Below, piece after piece: positions 59,821 through 64,000 of a stretch of 64,000 nucleotides of DNA. Position 1 is the stretch's first letter. The number at the start of each line of letters is the position of its first letter. A model generated the notes under the pieces. It searched no databases. It worked only from the letters and a program-made list of their open reading frames with translations, and had not been told where the DNA came from. The translations under genes and the position numbers were made by a program. This DNA is from an uncultured Candidatus Saccharibacteria bacterium (GTDB lineage Bacteria; Patescibacteriota; Dojkabacteria; B142; JAFGMG01), in the NCBI GenBank assembly GCA_964444125.1, contig CAYUFB010000001.1:26053-90052 (forward strand), read 5' to 3'.

Positions 59821-61272
59821 ATGCCAAATATCACAGATGCACTCAAGATGGCAAAGATAGCAGAAATTGATGCTAAATTTTTTGGCCAAAGTGAACTTGA
59901 GATGGTAACTAATGCGGGCAAAGCTATAGCTTCAGAGATCCTTGATATTCTTGATAACTTCATCCAAAAAGATAAACTAACCAAAGTTTCATTTGTTATT
60001 GGGAGTGGCAATAATGGGGCTGATGCATTATCTTGTCTCAATCATCTAATAGGCAAGAATATTGAAAATGTTGAATATCATGTCTATGTGATTGGTAGGC
60101 ATCAGGATTTTAAAACAAAGGAGATTATCCATCAATATGATCTTCTTAAGGAATTGATCAAAAATAATAAAGGATCAAAGGTTGTGATCAATCACGATGC
60201 TTATGCAGAAAATATGATCTCTTGCGATATTCTCATTGAAGGCTTGATTGGGTCCGGATATAGAGGGAAATTACGAAAGAGGTACAAAGATGTGGTAAAC
60301 AAAATAGCTAGATTAAAAGCTTATAAGGTGGCTATTGATTCTCCGGTGCCTGGATATAGACCTGATGTCACGCTGTCTTTGATAACAAAAAAAAGAGCAG
60401 ATGCCAAGCTAATTGATATTTCACTTCCAAAAGAGGTTGGGAGTTTCGTAGGGCCTGGTGTGATTAGTTTCCTTAACGTCCCAGAAAAAGATGCTTACAA
60501 ATCCAAGACTGGAGAATTATTGATAATAGGGGGCTCGGATCTATTTCATGGTGCACCTATTATGGCACTCAAGGCGGCTTCTAAATTTATTGGCGGCGTA
60601 TTTTTCTATACTCATCCAGAAAATCGCGAGTTGGTTACTAGTCTTAAACTTGGGCTTGAGGAATTCATATTATTAACTAATGATCAGGTAGAGAAATATT
60701 CAAATTATGCAGATGTGATTCTTGCTGGTCCGGGCCTTCGGGAGGATTTAGTAAATCAAGCGGTACTTACTGAATTGTTGAATCGCTACCCTGACAAAGT
60801 ATTTGTTCTTGATGCTTACGCTATTGCTATGGCCAATCCCGTCAATAATCCAAGAAATATCAGAGGATACAATAATTGCATTTTGACTCCGCATAGAGGT
60901 GAATTAAGGCATATTTTTGGGAAAAATGAAACTGATGGCCTTGAAGGAAAACTGAAACGATTTTGTGTGGAAAACAAATGTATGTTGGTCTTAAAAGGTT
61001 CAACGGATCTGTTATTTAATGATAAAGGCGAACTCAAAATGAATATGACTGGCAATCAAGGAATGGCAAAAGGTGGTACGGGAGACGTGATGGCGGGGAT
61101 GATTGGTGCACTTGCATGCAAAAACGATCCTTGGGAAGCTTTGCAGGCGGGAGTTTTCTTATCAGGACTTGCTGGTGATATTGCAAAGGCTAAGTATGGA
61201 TATAATTTCAGCGCAACTGACGAAATCCCTTTGCTCCAGGAAGCATACAAAAGAGCACTAGATTACAAATAA
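59821..61272 (+). CDS. nnr: bifunctional NAD(P)H-hydrate repair enzyme (epimerase + ADP-dependent dehydratase)
   Basis: 483 aa with a YjeF-N domain (GSGNNGADAL) and a C-terminal kinase-like domain (GGTGDVMAGMIGALA). Confidence 0.8.
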   Translation: MPNITDALKMAKIAEIDAKFFGQSELEMVTNAGKAIASEILDILDNFIQKDKLTKVSFVIGSGNNGADALSCLNHLIGKNIENVEYHVYVIGRHQDFKTKEIIHQYDLLKELIKNNKGSKVVINHDAYAENMISCDILIEGLIGSGYRGKLRKRYKDVVNKIARLKAYKVAIDSPVPGYRPDVTLSLITKKRADAKLIDISLPKEVGSFVGPGVISFLNVPEKDAYKSKTGELLIIGGSDLFHGAPIMALKAASKFIGGVFFYTHPENRELVTSLKLGLEEFILLTNDQVEKYSNYADVILAGPGLREDLVNQAVLTELLNRYPDKVFVLDAYAIAMANPVNNPRNIRGYNNCILTPHRGELRHIFGKNETDGLEGKLKRFCVENKCMLVLKGSTDLLFNDKGELKMNMTGNQGMAKGGTGDVMAGMIGALACKNDPWEALQAGVFLSGLAGDIAKAKYGYNFSATDEIPLLQEAYKRALDYK

Positions 61273-61347
61273 TTTTTCACATCTTTTGTTATCCTCGTTA
61301 TTTATTATATAATCAGCCAATTGATCTATTGTTTATAACTATTAAAC

Positions 61348-62151
61348 ATGCTGGATCCAAAGATAATAGGTAGAAGACTTAAATATTTTAGACAAAGAGT
61401 TGGTATCAGTCAGCTTGATCTTGAAATTGCTCTCGATATGTCCCAAGGCTCGGTAAGTAGGATAGAAAGTGGCAAAGTAAATCCCACGAAAGAGACAGTG
61501 TTGTCGATTGCTGGGAACCTACAGATGAATGATCGTGAGATCAGCTATGTTATTGGTCCATTAGCTTTGCCGCCGACTCAAAAAGAAGTTGAAAATGCGA
61601 TTCATACTATTCAGGAAGATTTTTCAAGAGATGATGTATATGCGTATTTAATTGATGATAGATTTCGTTTCCATTATATTTCTAAAGGATTTGAAAATCT
61701 TCTAAATATTATTCTTGAGAATTATCAAGAAAGATACTTAGACCTTGTTGGTACTTCTCTGTTTAGAATAGTGCTTGATGAAAGAATTGGTATCAATCAA
61801 TTTATCAAAGGAGATGTATCTCAGGTGCTTATTAGTCAATTGCTCAGATTTAATAAATATATGGGGTTTATGGTTGACGATGAATATTATTCTGAAACAT
61901 TAAATTTATTTGCAAAGTATCCTGGTGTGTCAGAACTTTGGAAACAAATTGAAAATGATAATTTGAATTTTAATTCGCTGGAGTCAAAGAAAGTCTCCCT
62001 GTCTTTTGAGTCCCTCTCATTCGATACGATTTTCGTGAGAGAACCAATCGCGAAATATCCAAGATTTGAGACTATTGAGTATGTTTTTTCTCATAAAGAT
62101 GTAATTGAATTATTAAAAGTACTAAATGCTGGATCCAAAGATAATAGGTAG
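61348..62151 (+). CDS. XRE-family HTH transcriptional regulator with ~200-aa C-terminal domain (paralog 1)
   Basis: 267 aa with an N-terminal Cro/C1-type HTH (LKYFRQRVGISQLDLEIALDMSQGSVSRIESGK). The C-terminal domain may be an MmyB-like ligand-binding fold. Confidence 0.7.
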   Translation: MLDPKIIGRRLKYFRQRVGISQLDLEIALDMSQGSVSRIESGKVNPTKETVLSIAGNLQMNDREISYVIGPLALPPTQKEVENAIHTIQEDFSRDDVYAYLIDDRFRFHYISKGFENLLNIILENYQERYLDLVGTSLFRIVLDERIGINQFIKGDVSQVLISQLLRFNKYMGFMVDDEYYSETLNLFAKYPGVSELWKQIENDNLNFNSLESKKVSLSFESLSFDTIFVREPIAKYPRFETIEYVFSHKDVIELLKVLNAGSKDNR

Positions 62152-62917
62152 AAGGCTAAAATATTTCAGAAAGAGGGCTGATATCAGTCAGCTTGATCTT
62201 GAGATCGCTCTCGATATGTCCCAAGGCTCGGTAAGTAGGATTGAAAGTGGCAAAGTGAATCCCACCAAAGAGACAGTTTTATCAATTGCTTGGAAGTTGA
62301 ATATGAATGATAGGGAGATTGACTATGTAATAGGTTCTTTGTTTTTTCCTGCAAATGAAAGTGAAATAGCAAAAGCAATTGAGGAAGTTAAGGGGATGTT
62401 AGACCGTCCTGGCGTTTTTGCTTACTTGATAGATGATAGATACAGACTCTTGTATTTATCTAGAGGTTTTGAAATTCTTTTTCGTAGATTATTACCTGAT
62501 TTCGAAAATAAATACGCGCGAATCAAAAATAAGAACATGGTTATTTTGTTCTGTGATGAAGATATTCAAATTGAAAAATATATGGCCAAAGACAAATTTA
62601 TTGAAATGATGAAGTTACAACTTGGAAGATTGAGGTCAAATATGGACTTTATGATTGATGATGAAAGTTATATTGAAGTTGAGAATATTATCAAGAAAAA
62701 CAAATTGATTAATCAGATATGGAATGAAATCGATTATAAAAATATGAATTTCAATACCTTAGAGTCTAGACAAGTAGTATTTAAGTTGATGGGGATAAAG
62801 ATTGGCTTAAATTTTTCACGCGAGCCTGTTTGGAAATATCCAAGGTTCGAAACTATTAAGTATATACCATCCAATAAATTTCTGCAAATATATAACAAAA
62901 TACTTTCTAGGGTATAA
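62126..62917 (+). CDS. XRE-family HTH transcriptional regulator (paralog 2, tandem duplicate)
   Basis: 263 aa. The first ~55 aa are nearly identical to paralog 1 (about 90% nt identity over the first 170 nt). Its start overlaps the paralog 1 stop by 26 nt. Confidence 0.7.
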   Translation: MLDPKIIGRRLKYFRKRADISQLDLEIALDMSQGSVSRIESGKVNPTKETVLSIAWKLNMNDREIDYVIGSLFFPANESEIAKAIEEVKGMLDRPGVFAYLIDDRYRLLYLSRGFEILFRRLLPDFENKYARIKNKNMVILFCDEDIQIEKYMAKDKFIEMMKLQLGRLRSNMDFMIDDESYIEVENIIKKNKLINQIWNEIDYKNMNFNTLESRQVVFKLMGIKIGLNFSREPVWKYPRFETIKYIPSNKFLQIYNKILSRV

Positions 62918-63204
62918 AATTTCACATATATTGAGTAAATGTTAGCATATTATAGGATACTATTTCTAGCGAGGAGATTCTAGTATTAGTGTACTATGGC
63001 TCTAGCACGTTCTTTGCGTAACATATGTGTACGATGCAAGGTATTGGTATATATGTATATATGGGTATTATACACATAAATTTAGATGGAGGATATAATA
63101 ATTATATTTATTAAGTGAAATTTAAGAATTATATATTTAGCACTATAGGTTGCTTTTGATATATAACGTATGATATTATATATCCATTTGTATTATATAT
63201 AGCT

Positions 63205-64000
63205 ATGAGTGGGTTGCATAATGGTGAAAACCATGATAATAGAGGACCTGAATATACATTCTGTGAAGGAGTTTATGACCCCATTGATTCATTTCCCGAA
63301 ATACCAGCTCTTCAGTATTACGAAACACCTAGTATGAGTTTTGATCAATTTCCTTCAGTTGAAGTTGTTGATTTTGAACAAAAGGTCCAAATTACCGGAG
63401 ATGTGAATATATATGTAGTAAATGGTTCTAATTTACGCTTGCCAAAACAAGGGGAAGAGATAGATACATCGGAGCTAGAACTCGCAAATGCTGTAGCGGA
63501 ATTGTATATGGATACTTTTAGTAAGCCACCTTGGAAGCAAAGTTTTCCTAAAATTGAGAACGCTTTTGAATACTTGAGTAAATACGCAGATGAAAATTCA
63601 AGGCTTATTTTGCTCCAAGTAAAAGGTAAAATACTTGGTGGGTTCTTTTTGGTAGTGGGTACAAGAGAACATGTTGTTAACGATTTAATATCTTCAATAA
63701 ACGCAAACTATGAAATAGAAGGCAATAATATTCCAATGAATCTCTGTGAAACTGGAATACCAGTTGTTGGTACAGCAGAATTATTTGTTTCAAAAAGAGC
63801 TTTGAATCAGTTACTAGCTCGGGATGAATTTATAAATGAAATACTTAGTCAAAGATTTGATAAACGCACAATTTCACAATCAGAAATAAGTCCAATTGAT
63901 AATTTAGTCCAGAGTTTCTTTGCTGATCAAGATAATAATATTAATGTGACGGCAAAATTAAGGCATGATTTATATAGATTTTTAGTTTTATTACCTACCG
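63205..64000 (+). CDS. hypothetical protein, 5' partial view (runs off window end)
   Basis: ATG at 63205 opens a reading frame (MSGLHNGENHDNRGPEYTFCEGV...) with no stop to the window end. It is absent from the ORF track, presumably because no stop falls inside the window. It is preceded by a 280-nt very AT-rich region. Confidence 0.5.
   Translation, partial: MSGLHNGENHDNRGPEYTFCEGVYDPIDSFPEIPALQYYETPSMSFDQFPSVEVVDFEQKVQITGDVNIYVVNGSNLRLPKQGEEIDTSELELANAVAELYMDTFSKPPWKQSFPKIENAFEYLSKYADENSRLILLQVKGKILGGFFLVVGTREHVVNDLISSINANYEIEGNNIPMNLCETGIPVVGTAELFVSKRALNQLLARDEFINEILSQRFDKRTISQSEISPIDNLVQSFFADQDNNINVTAKLRHDLYRFLVLLPT

Overview
This is a gene-dense, AT-rich (roughly 35% GC) bacterial window that uses the standard genetic code. 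All long ORFs are intact with TGA read as stop. The gene content looks like a small-genome, host- or partner-associated fermentative bacterium, such as a Patescibacteria/CPR-like lineage; this is inferred from gene content only. It begins with a ribosomal-protein/rpoA operon: the rpsM 3' end, then rpsK-rpsD-rpoA-rplQ-rplM-rpsI. Next comes a translationally coupled block: a PEGA-domain protein, a 1017-aa bitopic protein with a degenerate epimerase-like cytoplasmic domain, and GreA. That block leads into a minimal type IV secretion-like module: a PrgI/VirB3-like protein, a VirB4 apparently split into a 225-aa N-domain ORF and a 648-aa ATPase ORF, and a small membrane protein. Downstream lie RNase P RNA, a Zn-metallopeptidase, SecA, and many secreted or membrane hypothetical proteins (CAP domain, Cys-rich, sortase-like). 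There are also GluRS, ThrRS, a 55-aa L33 gene absent from the ORF track, and three tRNAs: Gly-TCC, Ser-GGA and Gln-CTG. A DEAD-box helicase is broken by a +1 frameshift in an A8 run. Two ECF sigma/anti-sigma pairs sit next to LCP and RNase H genes. A fermentative module follows: pyruvate formate-lyase with its activase, ADP-forming acetyl-CoA synthetase and enolase. The window ends with an ABC exporter, Nnr, and two tandem paralogous XRE-family regulators. Non-coding items of note: GC-rich repeat clusters around tRNA-Gln, made of two ~175-nt direct repeats, a decayed tRNA-like copy and reiterated tRNA-3'-end-like motifs; a GC-rich ~50-nt tandem repeat; a shared ctgaa-rich motif upstream of both aminoacyl-tRNA synthetase genes; and a recurring cccgtaaa/tttacggg hairpin next to tRNAs.
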